Assembly: GCA_033856535.1 (NCBI GenBank)
Contig: JAWVEV010000098.1
Location: forward strand, 239 to 64,238
Length of the DNA stretch: 64,000 nt
Direction of reading: 5' to 3'
From: Miltoncostaeaceae bacterium
Lineage (GTDB): Bacteria > Actinomycetota > Thermoleophilia > Miltoncostaeales > Miltoncostaeaceae
Made by a program: the position numbers and the translations under genes. Within the stretch, counting starts at the first letter, position 1; every line of letters starts with the position of its first letter. This document shows positions 16,433-26,001 of the stretch, one piece after another. The notes below the pieces were generated by a model. It did not search any database and had not been told where the DNA came from. It saw nothing but the letters and a program-made list of their open reading frames with translations.

Positions 16433-16678
16433 TCAGGCGGGACCCTCCGGCTCCCGCGGCACGTCCGGTCGCGGCGGCGGCTCCGGGCCGGTCCACTCCC
16501 CCACCGGCTCGCCTCTCACGAAGTCCGAATCCCGCTCCTCATGCGCGGTCAGGCCCTCGCGGAACTGCCGCAGCCCGCGGCCCAGATCGCGCCCCAGCTG
16601 GGGCAATCGGCGGGGGCCGAGGACGATCAACGCGATCGCGAGGACCAGGAACAGCTGAATGGGCGAGACGTCGATCAC
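16433..16678 (-). CDS. tatA: second TatA/E-family subunit
   Basis: GTG 16678 with GGAGG 5 nt upstream. VIDVSPIQLFLVLAIALIVLGPRRLPQLGRDLGRGLRQFREGL is a paralog of 14197-14508. Confidence 0.8.
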   Translation of the reverse strand: MIDVSPIQLFLVLAIALIVLGPRRLPQLGRDLGRGLRQFREGLTAHEERDSDFVRGEPVGEWTGPEPPPRPDVPREPEGPA

Positions 16679-16752
16679 GGGAGCCTCCGACGCCCGATCG
16701 TAGCCCCGACGGCCGCGCCGGGCGATGGACATGGCGCTACCCTCGACGGTGG

Positions 16753-17373
16753 ATGACGGCCCATGGAGGGGATGACGTGCAGGGCAGCGGCGCACGGCCC
16801 GAGCTGATCGTGCTCGTGGACGAGCGCGGCACCCCGATCGGCAGCGCGGACAAGACGTCGAGCCACCACGCCGACACCCCGCTCCACCTGGCCTTCTCCT
16901 GCTACGTCTTCGACGGCCGGGGGCGCTTCCTGGCGACCCGGCGCGCCGCCGGCAAGCACGTGTGGCCCGGGGTGTGGACGAACTCGGTGTGCGGGCACCC
17001 GGCCCCCGGCGAGTCGATGGTCGCGGCGATCCAGCGCCGGCTCGAGCAGGAGCTCGGCATGGCCGCCCGCGGCTTCGAGGTGGCCCTCCCCACCTACCGC
17101 TACACCTCGCCGCCGTTCAACGGCGTGGTGGAGAACGAGTTCTGCCCGGTTTTCCTGGCCCGCGCGGCGAGCGAGCCCCGCCCGGACCCCCGCGAGGTCG
17201 ACGAGGTCGAGTGGCTGGCCTGGGACGACTTCGTGAGCGCGGCCCGGGCGGACACCGGCGACCGGTTCAGCTGGTGGTGCAAGGACCAGCTCCGCCTCCT
17301 CCTGCAGAGCCGGCTGGTGGAGCGCTTCGCGGCGCCCGAGCAGAGCGGCGACGAGGTACCGACCGAGCGGTAA
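16753..17373 (+). CDS. idi: isopentenyl-diphosphate delta-isomerase (type 1, Nudix)
   Basis: HLAFSCYVFD...WTNSVCGHP..GE...ENEFCPVF are the catalytic Cys/Glu motifs. Alternative start at GTG 16777 behind GGAGGGG. Confidence 0.88.
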   Translation: MTAHGGDDVQGSGARPELIVLVDERGTPIGSADKTSSHHADTPLHLAFSCYVFDGRGRFLATRRAAGKHVWPGVWTNSVCGHPAPGESMVAAIQRRLEQELGMAARGFEVALPTYRYTSPPFNGVVENEFCPVFLARAASEPRPDPREVDEVEWLAWDDFVSAARADTGDRFSWWCKDQLRLLLQSRLVERFAAPEQSGDEVPTER

Positions 17374-17419
17374 GGGCCTTCCGGGCGGCCCTCGGGGGCC
17401 CGCGGGTATCGTCGATGGA

Positions 17420-18898
17420 GTGAGCTCCGAACGCGCCGCGGGCGCCCCCTCCCTCCACAAGGGCGCCATCCTGGCGCTCGCCTGTCTCGGTCAGTTCATG
17501 GTGGTGCTCGACGTCGCCATCGTGAACGTGGCGCTGCCGGCGATGCAGCGCGACCTCGACTTCTCGGGCACCGGGCTGCAGTGGGTCGTCAACGCGTACA
17601 CGCTCACCTTCGCCGGCTTCATGCTCCTCGGCGGGCGGGCGGCCGACCTCTACGGGCGCCGGCGCCTGCTGATCCTCGGGCTCGTCCTGTTCAGCGCCGC
17701 CAGCCTGGTCTGCGCCGTCGCGCAGGGGCCCGGGGAGGTGATCGCGGCGCGCGCGGTGCAGGGCCTGGGAGCCGCGGTCCTGTCCCCCGCCACGCTCACG
17801 ATCGTCACGACGACGTTCACGGAATCCAAGGAACGCGCCCGCGCGCTCGGCCTGTGGAGCGCATCGCTGGCGGCGGGCGGCGCCACCGGCGGCCTGATCG
17901 GCGGCCTCCTCACCGACCTCCTGTCGTGGCGCTGGATCTTCCTGATCAACCTGCCCATCGGGGTCGGCGGGATCCTCGTCGCCCGCGTCTTCCTGCCCGA
18001 GAGCCGCCGGCCCGAGGCGGCGCGCAGCCTGGACGTCGCCGGCGCCCTGACGGTCACGGCCGGCCTCACCGCGCTGGTCTACGGCGTGGTGCGCAGCGAG
18101 GAGCACGGGTGGACCTCCGCGGGCACGCTGGCCTGCCTGGTCGGCGCCGCCGCGCTGATCGCTGCCTTCCTCGTCGTCGAGATGCGCGTCGCGACCGCGC
18201 CGCTCGTCCCGCTGGGGCGCCTGCGCTCGCGGGCGCTGGCCGGGGCCAACCTCACGATGTTCTGCGTCGGCGCCTCGATGTTCGCCATGTGGTACTTCGT
18301 GTCGCTGTACCTACAGGAGGTGCTCGGGCACAGCCCACTGCGCGCCGGCGTGGAGTTCCTGCCCGCGGCGATCGCCGTGATCGTCGGGGCCCAGGTCAGC
18401 GGCCGGCTGCTCTCGCGGCTCGGCCCGCGCCCGCTCATGGCCGGGGCCACGCTGCTCTGCGCCGGCGGGCTCCTGTGGATGTCGGGGATCTCGGCCTCGG
18501 GCGACTACGCCTCGGAGATCGCCGGCCCCCTCACGCTGGTCGCGCTCGGCCTCGGCCTGAGCTTCCCGCCCGGCACCTACGCGGCCACCGCCGACATGCC
18601 GCCGCGCGACGCCGGCCTGGCGTCGGGGCTCGTCAACGCCACTCGCCAGATCGGGGGCGCCGTGGGCCTGGCGGCCCTCGCGACGATCGCGGTGGACCAC
18701 GCCCGGGCGGTCGTCGGACCGGGCGCCCCCTCCCCGGCGGAACTCGCCGACGCCGCGACCCAGGGCTACTCGCGCGCCTTCCTGGTCGCGGCGTTCATCG
18801 CGCTGGCGGCGTCGCTGGCCTCGCTGGTGGTGCCGTCGACCCGCCCACGCGCCAGCGGCGCGGCCGCCGGCGCCGGCGAGGGCGAACGTCTGGGTTAG
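17420..18898 (+). CDS. MFS transporter, DHA2 (14-TMS drug:H+ antiporter) family
   Basis: 492 aa. LACLGQFMVVLDVAIVNVALPAMQRDL and GRAADLYGRRR motifs. Confidence 0.88.
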   Translation: MSSERAAGAPSLHKGAILALACLGQFMVVLDVAIVNVALPAMQRDLDFSGTGLQWVVNAYTLTFAGFMLLGGRAADLYGRRRLLILGLVLFSAASLVCAVAQGPGEVIAARAVQGLGAAVLSPATLTIVTTTFTESKERARALGLWSASLAAGGATGGLIGGLLTDLLSWRWIFLINLPIGVGGILVARVFLPESRRPEAARSLDVAGALTVTAGLTALVYGVVRSEEHGWTSAGTLACLVGAAALIAAFLVVEMRVATAPLVPLGRLRSRALAGANLTMFCVGASMFAMWYFVSLYLQEVLGHSPLRAGVEFLPAAIAVIVGAQVSGRLLSRLGPRPLMAGATLLCAGGLLWMSGISASGDYASEIAGPLTLVALGLGLSFPPGTYAATADMPPRDAGLASGLVNATRQIGGAVGLAALATIAVDHARAVVGPGAPSPAELADAATQGYSRAFLVAAFIALAASLASLVVPSTRPRASGAAAGAGEGERLG

Positions 18899-19977
18899 CC
18901 CTCCCGGCGGAAGCCCGTCGGCGCCGGCATCGGGTCCAGCGGGCTGGCCGGCAGGGCGCCTTCGGGGTCGTCCCAGTGATACACGCTCGGCGCCACGTCG
19001 TTCGGCGCGTCCGGGTGGAACATCGCGGCGAGCAGCTCCACCTGCCCGCGTCCCACGCCCAGCTCGCCCATGCCGCCGCCGTACATCGGGCGGCCCTCCC
19101 GGGCACAGCGGGCGTAGACCCCGAAGAGCCGCTCCAGGGTGCCGATCCGCGACGGCTTCACGTTGACCACGCGGGCGGCGAGCGGCGTCGCGCCGATGCT
19201 CTCCGCCCCGTGGATCGGCGCATCGTATGACACGCGGTCGAGGTGGCCGGCCAGCCGCTCGGCAATCCCCGGCAGGTCGTGCGGGTCCTCGAGGTAGGCG
19301 TCGGGGAACCGAGCGAGGATCCGGTCGTACAGCGCGGCGAGCACCGCCGGGTCCTCGACCTCCACGCCGTACTGGCCCTTGAAGTCGATGGTGTCGACCG
19401 CGCCGGTCGCGGCGACCTCGTCGACGAGGTCCGGCGACCAGGTCGCCTCGGCGTCGAGCTTGAAGCGCACGCTGGGGGCGCGGGCCAGGCGCCGGCGCAC
19501 CGGCTCGATCGAGGGCTCCTTCCCGAGCCCCAGCGAGTTGACGAAGCGCAGCGGGCGCGGCTCCAGCCCCAGCACCTCGTGCAGCGGGCGGCCGGCCTGA
19601 CGCAGCGCGAGGTCGAGCGCCGCCGACTCGAAGGCCCAGTTGCGGTACTTCAGCGACCCGGCCCACTCCGGCGGCGTCGTCCACAACTCCAACGTCGCGA
19701 GGTGCTCGCAGAAGCCGGCCAGCGTCCACTCGCCCGCGAGCGGCAGCGCGGGCCGGGCCTCGTGGAGCGACGTGCCGTCCTCCTTGAACACCGAGACGTC
19801 CTCGCCGAGCCCCTCCGCCCCGGCGCCGGCGAGCCTTACGTGCGTCGTGGTGCGCTCGGACTCGGGGGCGAGGACGGCGTGCAGGCGCTCGAACTCACAG
19901 GTCTCGACGACCAGTGGGAGGCCGGCGATCCGGGGCCACAGCGACTCGCCTGAAATCGCGCCGCTCATGAGCGCCAT
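18895..19977 (-). CDS. enolase-superfamily (mandelate racemase/muconate lactonizing enzyme-like) protein
   Basis: 360 aa. KLDAEATW, YLEDP and VNVKPSRIGTLE...GGGMGELGVGRG match the enolase C-terminal barrel pattern. Substrate unknown. Confidence 0.7.
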   Translation of the reverse strand: MALMSGAISGESLWPRIAGLPLVVETCEFERLHAVLAPESERTTTHVRLAGAGAEGLGEDVSVFKEDGTSLHEARPALPLAGEWTLAGFCEHLATLELWTTPPEWAGSLKYRNWAFESAALDLALRQAGRPLHEVLGLEPRPLRFVNSLGLGKEPSIEPVRRRLARAPSVRFKLDAEATWSPDLVDEVAATGAVDTIDFKGQYGVEVEDPAVLAALYDRILARFPDAYLEDPHDLPGIAERLAGHLDRVSYDAPIHGAESIGATPLAARVVNVKPSRIGTLERLFGVYARCAREGRPMYGGGMGELGVGRGQVELLAAMFHPDAPNDVAPSVYHWDDPEGALPASPLDPMPAPTGFRREG

Positions 19978-20017
19978 CCTCGCATCCCGGCGGCCGGAAC
20001 GCCGCTCCGACCGACGG

Positions 20018-20374
20018 TCAGCCGTTCAGGTCGTGCGCCACCGGATGCCGCGGCTCGTAGAGCGGAAGGTCCGAGCCGCCGGGCAGCCGGATCGATGCGA
20101 GCAAGCCCCAGCCCTCGTCGCTCACCGGACGCGAGATCTCGACGCCCTTGCCGGCGAGCCGCGCGAGCACGCGCTCGATGTCGTCGCACATGAGGTAGAG
20201 CTCGTGCCTCGCCTCGCCCTCGGTGGGATGCACCGCGATCTCGGCCGGGGGCAGCCTCAGGATCAGCCAGCCGCCGCCGGCGTCGACGCCCGAGAACCCC
20301 AGCACGTCGCGGATGAAGGCGCGGTCGGCCTCGGCGTCCCGGCTGTACACGATCACGTGCGCGCCGTTGATCAT
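20018..20374 (-). CDS. VOC/glyoxalase-family small protein
   Basis: ATG 20374 (MINGAHVIVYSRDAEADRAFIRDVLGF...). 118 aa. Divergent from dnaE2 with a 60-nt spacer containing the SOS box. Confidence 0.78.
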   Translation of the reverse strand: MINGAHVIVYSRDAEADRAFIRDVLGFSGVDAGGGWLILRLPPAEIAVHPTEGEARHELYLMCDDIERVLARLAGKGVEISRPVSDEGWGLLASIRLPGGSDLPLYEPRHPVAHDLNG

Positions 20375-20427
20375 GGGTCCGACTGTAGTGCGCCGCGGCC
20401 AGCCCTTGTGCCGGTGCTCGGCAGGTA

Positions 20428-20441
20428 CGAACATGTGTTCG
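20428..20441. promoter_or_regulatory. LexA (SOS) box
   Basis: CGAACATGTGTTCG is identical to the box at 12746. It overlaps the candidate dnaE2 starts GTG 20435 and 20441. Confidence 0.8.
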
Positions 20442-23400
20442 TGGCACCGCCCTACGTCGAGCTCCACGCGCACTCGGCCTTCAGCTTCCTCGACGGGGCC
20501 TCGGCGCCCGAGGAGATGGCCGCCCGGGCGGCCGAGCTCGGTCACGAGGCGCTCGCGCTCCCCGACCACGACGGGCTCTGCGGCTCCCTGGCCTTCGCCC
20601 ACGCGGCGCGCGACGCCGGCGTCCGACCGATCACCGGGGCCGAGGTGACCCTGGCCGGCGGCGCCCACCTGACCCTGCTGGTCGAGACCAGCGCCGGCTA
20701 CGCCAACCTCTGCCGGCTTCTCACGTTGGCCCACGCCGAGACTCGCTCCGGCCGCGACCGGCGAGCGCTGCCGCCGGCGCTCGATCCCGCCGCGCTGGCC
20801 CTCCACGCCGAGGGCCTGGTCTGCCTGACCGGCTGCGCGCGGCGGGGCCTGGTCCCGAGCCTCGTCGTGGCCGACCGCGGTCGCGAGGCCCGTGAGGCGC
20901 TCGACGACCTGGTCCGGGCCTTCGGGCGCGAGAACGTCCGCGTCGAGCTCCAGCGCCCCCGCACCCGCGGCGACCGGTCGCTCGCGCGCGACCTGGCCCG
21001 CCTGGCCGAGGTCGCCGGCCTGCCGACCGTCGCCACCGGCGATCCGCACGCCCACGACGACCGGCGGGCCTACCTGCAGGACGCGTTCGTGGCGATCGCC
21101 GAGCGCTCCACCCTGGACGGCTCGGAGGCCGCCCGGCGCGGCAACCGCGACGCGGTGCTGCGCAGCCCCGAGGAGACCGCCCGCCGCTTCGCCGACCACC
21201 CCGAGGCGGTGGCCGAGACCGTCCGCCTGGCGGACCGCCTGCGCTTCGACCTCACCCGCGACCTGGGCTACCGCTTCCCCGACTTCGTCGCCGGCCACCC
21301 CGGCGAGACCGCCCGGGCGGCGCTGACCCGGGTCTGCGTCCACCAGCTCGGCGCGCGCTACCCGAACGCGGCGCGGCGGGTGGAGGCGCGCATGCGCCTG
21401 GACGAGGAGCTCGCGCTGATCGAGCACCACGGCCTGGCCGGCTTCTTCCTGCTGCACCGCGACCTGCTGGAGCTGGCGCGCGAGGTCGCCCTGCGCGTCC
21501 GGCCGGCCGGCTCGGCCCGGCGCGGGCTGCCGCCGGGGCGCGGGCGCGGCTCCTCGGTGGGCTCGATTGTCTGCTACCTGACCGGCCTCTCGCACATCGA
21601 CCCGGTCGAGAACCGACTTTTCCTGGGCCGCTTCCTCAACCGCGACATGGCGTCGGTGCCGGACATCGACCTCGACTTCCCGCGCGACATCCGCGAGGCG
21701 CTGATCGCGGAGGTGATCGCGCGCTACGGGACCGAGCACGCGGCGCTGGTGGCCGCCTTCCCCACCTTCCGCGCGCGCATGGCCATCCGGGAGCTGGGCG
21801 GCGCGCTGGCGCTGCCCGAGGCCGACCTGGAGCGCCTCGCGCGCATGGCCGACGGCTGGAGCAGCGCCGGCGAGCTCGCCGAGCAGCTGAAGTCCCTGCC
21901 CGGCGGCGAGGAGCGGCTGGCCTCCTCGCCGCGCTGGCGGGCGCTCGCCTTCCTGGCCCGCGAGGCCGCCGGCCTGCCGCGCCACCTCTCCCAGCACTCG
22001 GGCGGCATGGTGGTCAGCGCGCGCCCGCTGGTGGAGCTGGTGCCGGTGGTGCCGGCCGCCTTCCCCGGGCGCCAGCTCTGCCAGTGGGACAAGGACTCCT
22101 GCGCCGACGCCGGCTTCGTGAAGATCGACGTGCTGGGCCTGGGGATGCTCTCGGCGGTCGAGGAGTGCATCGACCTGATCGCCCGCTCGCGCAACGAGCG
22201 GGTCGACCTGTCGCGGATCGGCTTCGACGACCCGGCGGTCTACGCCGAGATCCAGGACGCCGACACGGTGGGCGTCTTCCAGATCGAGAGCCGGGCCCAG
22301 ATGCAGAGCCTGCTCCAGACCCGGCCCGAGAACCTGGAGGACCTGACCGTGCAGGTCGCCCTGATCCGGCCCGGGCCGGTCAGCGGCGGCGCGGTGCACC
22401 CCTACGTCAAGCACCGGCGCGCCAAGCGGCAGGACCCGGACTTCGAGCCGCCCTACGACCACCCCCTGCTGGCCGACGTCCTGCGCGACACGCTCGGCGT
22501 GGTGGTCTTCCAGGAGCAGGTGCTCGAGGTGGCGATGGCGCTCGCCGGCTTCACTCCCGGCCAGGCCGAGGCGCTGCGCCGGGCCATGAGCCGCAAGCGC
22601 AGCCGCGAGGCGATGATCGCCCTCTGGCGCGAGTTCCGCGACGGCGCCCGCGCCCGCGGGGTCGACGACGAGACCATCCGCACGGTCTTCACCAAGCTGA
22701 TCGGCTTCTCGAACTTCGGCTTCCCCAAGGCCCACTCGGCGGCCTTCGCGGTGCTCGCCTACCAGAGCGCCTGGCTGCGCCGGCGCTACCCGGCCGAGTT
22801 CCTCTGCGCGCTGCTGAACGCCCAGCCGATGGGCTTCTACCCGCCCGCCAGCCTGGTCCGGGACGCCCAGCGGCGCGGCGTGCGGGTGCTGCCGCCCTGC
22901 CTCGGCCGCTCGGAGGCCCTCTGCACCGTCGAATGGACCCCCGAGGGGCTCGCGGTACGAATTGGCCTGGGGTACGTCCGTGAGGTGCGCGACGAGGCCG
23001 CCGGCCGGCTGGTGGCCGAGCGCGAGGCGAACGGCCCCTTCCGCGACCTGGCCGACCTGGCCGCCCGCGCCGACCTGCGCCGCGAGCAGCTCGCCCAGCT
23101 GGTGCGCGCCGGCGCGGCGGACCTCTTCGACCGGCCGCGCCGGGCGATGCTCTGGGAGCTCGGCACGCTGGCCCGCCCCCGGATGGGCGCCGAGGGCCGC
23201 CAGCTCGCGCTGCCGCTGCCGGCCACCCCGGCCCCGCCGCTGCCCGAGCCCGGCCGGATGGAGCGGGCCCTGACCGACTACGAGACCATGGGCCTGTCCG
23301 CCGGCTGGCACCTGATGGCGCTGATGCGCGGCGCCCTGCCGGCCGGCGCGCGCACCGCGCGCGACCTGCGCGAGACCCGCCACGGCACCAACGTGATCGT

Positions 23401-23719
23401 GGGCGGCATGGTGGTCGCGCGCCAGCGGCCGGCCACCGCCAACGGCATCGTCTTCCTGCTGCTCGAGGACGAGACCGGGATGGTCAACGTGATCGTGCGG
23501 CCCGAGGTCTACGAGCGCCACCGGGTGGCCGTCCGAGCCGACCCGCTGCTCCTGGCCTGGGGCCGGCTGGAGCGCCACGGGCGCAACCTGAACGTGCTGG
23601 CGACCCGCCTGGAGCGGATCGTCCCGCCGGCCGACGCGCCGCTGCCCGAGGAGGCGCCGATCGAGCGGGTGCGTGCCGCGGCGCCGTCGGGCCAGCATTT
23701 CGGGCGCGGACGGCGCTAG
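20435..23719 (+). CDS. dnaE2: error-prone DNA polymerase III alpha subunit DnaE2
   Basis: PHP N-terminus YVELHAHSAFSFLDGAS. Length about 1094 aa. Pol III alpha core motifs. SOS box on the start and imuB nearby. Confidence 0.92.
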   Translation: MFVAPPYVELHAHSAFSFLDGASAPEEMAARAAELGHEALALPDHDGLCGSLAFAHAARDAGVRPITGAEVTLAGGAHLTLLVETSAGYANLCRLLTLAHAETRSGRDRRALPPALDPAALALHAEGLVCLTGCARRGLVPSLVVADRGREAREALDDLVRAFGRENVRVELQRPRTRGDRSLARDLARLAEVAGLPTVATGDPHAHDDRRAYLQDAFVAIAERSTLDGSEAARRGNRDAVLRSPEETARRFADHPEAVAETVRLADRLRFDLTRDLGYRFPDFVAGHPGETARAALTRVCVHQLGARYPNAARRVEARMRLDEELALIEHHGLAGFFLLHRDLLELAREVALRVRPAGSARRGLPPGRGRGSSVGSIVCYLTGLSHIDPVENRLFLGRFLNRDMASVPDIDLDFPRDIREALIAEVIARYGTEHAALVAAFPTFRARMAIRELGGALALPEADLERLARMADGWSSAGELAEQLKSLPGGEERLASSPRWRALAFLAREAAGLPRHLSQHSGGMVVSARPLVELVPVVPAAFPGRQLCQWDKDSCADAGFVKIDVLGLGMLSAVEECIDLIARSRNERVDLSRIGFDDPAVYAEIQDADTVGVFQIESRAQMQSLLQTRPENLEDLTVQVALIRPGPVSGGAVHPYVKHRRAKRQDPDFEPPYDHPLLADVLRDTLGVVVFQEQVLEVAMALAGFTPGQAEALRRAMSRKRSREAMIALWREFRDGARARGVDDETIRTVFTKLIGFSNFGFPKAHSAAFAVLAYQSAWLRRRYPAEFLCALLNAQPMGFYPPASLVRDAQRRGVRVLPPCLGRSEALCTVEWTPEGLAVRIGLGYVREVRDEAAGRLVAEREANGPFRDLADLAARADLRREQLAQLVRAGAADLFDRPRRAMLWELGTLARPRMGAEGRQLALPLPATPAPPLPEPGRMERALTDYETMGLSAGWHLMALMRGALPAGARTARDLRETRHGTNVIVGGMVVARQRPATANGIVFLLLEDETGMVNVIVRPEVYERHRVAVRADPLLLAWGRLERHGRNLNVLATRLERIVPPADAPLPEEAPIERVRAAAPSGQHFGRGRR

Positions 23720-23729
23720 CATCGCCCGG

Positions 23730-24398
23730 ATGCGCCGACTCGCCGCCCTTCTCCTGCTCGTGCTCGCCGGCCTGCTCCTGGTCGCCGGCTGCGGATCCGA
23801 CGATCCCGAGGCCGACGCCGGCACCGCCTCGCAGTCCACCGCGCCGTTCCCCTATCAGGGCTTTCCGATCGACCCGCGCCAGCCGGCGCCGCCCCTTCGC
23901 CTGCAGGACGTCGACGGCGGGACGGTCGACCTGAAGGACATGGTGGGCAAGCCGACGCTCGTGAGCTTCGTCTACTCCCAGTGCCCCGACACCTGCCCGC
24001 TGACCCTGGCGGCGCTGAACACGGTACGGCGGAACCTCGGCCCCAAGGCCGACGACTTCTCGATCGTGCTGGTCTCGACCGACCCCACGGGCGACACGCC
24101 GAAGAACGTGCGCGACTTCCTCGAGAAGTTCCACCTCCGCGGGCACGCCAAGTACCTGGTGGGCACCGAGGCCCAGCTGCGCCCGGTCTGGCGGGCCTGG
24201 CAGATCGAGCGCGAGGTCGACGAGCACGTGCACGCGGAGGACATGGCGGGCCACCACGACGGGCACGCCGGCCTGATCGGCCACGACTCCTTCACCTTCG
24301 GCATCGACGCCTCCGGGCGCCTCACCACGGCGTACCCGGTCGACGGCCAGGTCGACCTGCTCCTGCACGACCTGCCGCTGCTCGAGACCTCCGTCTGA
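23730..24398 (+). CDS. SCO1/SenC family copper chaperone lipoprotein (thioredoxin fold)
   Basis: ATG 23730. Lipobox LLLVAGC. Active-site FVYSQCPDTCP (CxxxC) and a downstream His. Confidence 0.85.
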   Translation: MRRLAALLLLVLAGLLLVAGCGSDDPEADAGTASQSTAPFPYQGFPIDPRQPAPPLRLQDVDGGTVDLKDMVGKPTLVSFVYSQCPDTCPLTLAALNTVRRNLGPKADDFSIVLVSTDPTGDTPKNVRDFLEKFHLRGHAKYLVGTEAQLRPVWRAWQIEREVDEHVHAEDMAGHHDGHAGLIGHDSFTFGIDASGRLTTAYPVDGQVDLLLHDLPLLETSV

Positions 24399-25192
24399 TG
24401 GAGCTCCGCGCCGCGCACGTGCTGGTCACGGGCGCGTCGCGCGGCATCGGCATGGCGATGGCCGAGCGGTTCGCGGACGCCGGCGCGAACGTGAGCGTCG
24501 CGGCGCGCGGCGCGGAGCCGCTGCGCGAGCTGGCCGAGCGGATCGGCGGCCAGGCCCACGTCGCCGACCTCACCGACGCCGAGGTCCGCCGCGGCCTGAT
24601 CGCCCGGGTCGAGGAGGCCGGCGGGCCCCTCGACGTGCTGGTGAACAACGCCGGCGTCGACCTCACCGGCGCCTTCGACGCCATGTCGGCCGACGAGCTC
24701 GAGCGGGTCTTCACACTGAACGCACTGGCGCCGGCGGAGCTGACCCGCCAGGCGCTCCCCGGCATGATCGCCCGCGGGCGCGGCCACATCGTGAACATCT
24801 CCTCGCTGGCCGGCGTGGCGGTGCTGCCGGGCATGGCGGCCTACAGCGCGACCAAGGCCGCCCTCACCCACCTCACCGCCGGCCTACGGGCCGACCTGCG
24901 CGGCCTGCCCATCGGCACCACCGTGGTCGAGACCGGGCTGATCAAGCCGACCGAGCTGGCCGAGTCGGTCCTCGCCTACGGGCCGACCCGCGCCGCCTTC
25001 GCGCGCCTCTACCGCATCGGGATGCTGGCCGACTCGCACGTCGACGACGTCGCCGACGCGGTGGTCGCCGCGGTCGCGTCGGGCAGGCGCCACGTGCGCC
25101 TGCCCAAGCGCGCCCGGCTCACCCCGGTCCTCGTCGAGAGCGCCCGGCGCACGGTCGAGCTGCTCCTGACCGGGGTCAAGCCCCGCCCCTAG
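24398..25192 (+). CDS. SDR family oxidoreductase
   Basis: The ATG overlaps the upstream TGA by 1 nt. TGASRGIG, NNAG and YSATK motifs. Confidence 0.88.
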   Translation: MELRAAHVLVTGASRGIGMAMAERFADAGANVSVAARGAEPLRELAERIGGQAHVADLTDAEVRRGLIARVEEAGGPLDVLVNNAGVDLTGAFDAMSADELERVFTLNALAPAELTRQALPGMIARGRGHIVNISSLAGVAVLPGMAAYSATKAALTHLTAGLRADLRGLPIGTTVVETGLIKPTELAESVLAYGPTRAAFARLYRIGMLADSHVDDVADAVVAAVASGRRHVRLPKRARLTPVLVESARRTVELLLTGVKPRP

Positions 25193-25200
25193 GCAGGGGC

Positions 25201-25491
25201 ATGGCGTCCCCGGCCTTCGCGCTGTGGCTGATCGGCGCCGTCGTCGGAGTGCTGCGCGCGGGGCAGCGCACACCGCCGGCGCCGCCCGTCTCGCCGCGGG
25301 GCGCACCGGCTCCGGAGGCGGCCGCACGCCGCCGACCGCCACCAGCGGCTGAGCCCCAGCCGTCGGTCGTCGCCCGCCCGGCCGCGCACCGACCCGATCT
25401 CGCCACGCCCCGCGGAACGGTCCCGCGCGGCAGCGTCTCCCGACGGCCGGGGAGGCCGGGCCGCGAGCGGAGCGTCGCGCGGGCCCGCTAG
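25201..25491 (+). CDS. doubtful small Pro/Arg-rich protein with an N-terminal hydrophobic segment
   Basis: ATG after AGGCAGGGG. FALWLIGAVVGVL followed by a low-complexity PR-rich tail. Its TAG forms CTAG with the convergent gene's stop. May be non-coding. Confidence 0.3.
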   Translation: MASPAFALWLIGAVVGVLRAGQRTPPAPPVSPRGAPAPEAAARRRPPPAAEPQPSVVARPAAHRPDLATPRGTVPRGSVSRRPGRPGRERSVARAR

Positions 25492-25769
25492 ACCCTCAGC
25501 TCTGCCTTGATCTCGCACCGGTCGACCGAGACGCGCGTCCCCGGAGTGTCCCCCGAATCCATCGCGTCGAGCGGGCCCTCGGCCGCCGCCATGTCCTCGG
25601 CGGTCTCGAAGAGCTGGATCACGACCGCGGTGCGCTGGTCCGGGTCATGGAGGATCTGGACCCCCTTGGCGGGGATGTCCACGGGCGGTGGGCCGGCCTC
25701 GACCTTCGCAAGGTTCCCGGCCAGGTGATCGGGATCGACGTCCGTGAACCTGACGACGCGCGCGTACAT
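25488..25769 (-). CDS. small alpha+beta barrel-like (ABM-like) hypothetical protein
   Basis: ATG 25769 with GAGAGGAGAG upstream. 93 aa, MYARVVRFTDVDPDHL... Confidence 0.7.
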   Translation of the reverse strand: MYARVVRFTDVDPDHLAGNLAKVEAGPPPVDIPAKGVQILHDPDQRTAVVIQLFETAEDMAAAEGPLDAMDSGDTPGTRVSVDRCEIKAELRV

Positions 25770-25833
25770 GACTCTCCTCTCGCTCGCCGGCGAGGCGAAC
25801 CCCCACCGCTCACCAGCTTGAGTGACGGAATTC

Positions 25834-25858
25834 GCGCCGGCGTTACAGACGCCGGCGC
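25834..25858 (-). terminator. hairpin downstream of the FhuF-like gene
   Basis: GCGCCGGCGT-TACAG-ACGCCGGCGC forms a perfect 10-bp stem. No clear U-tract. Confidence 0.35.
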
Positions 25859-26001
25859 CGCCATCCGGACCACGTCGCCGCAACGCGAGCTCGAGGCGCC
25901 TCCGGCTCGTCCTTCCGCATGGTGTCCCGCGCGAGGTCGGCGTCGGGCTCCCCCGCCGCCGCGACCGACGGCCTGGCGCGCGGCGGTCCAATGGAGCACG
26001 G

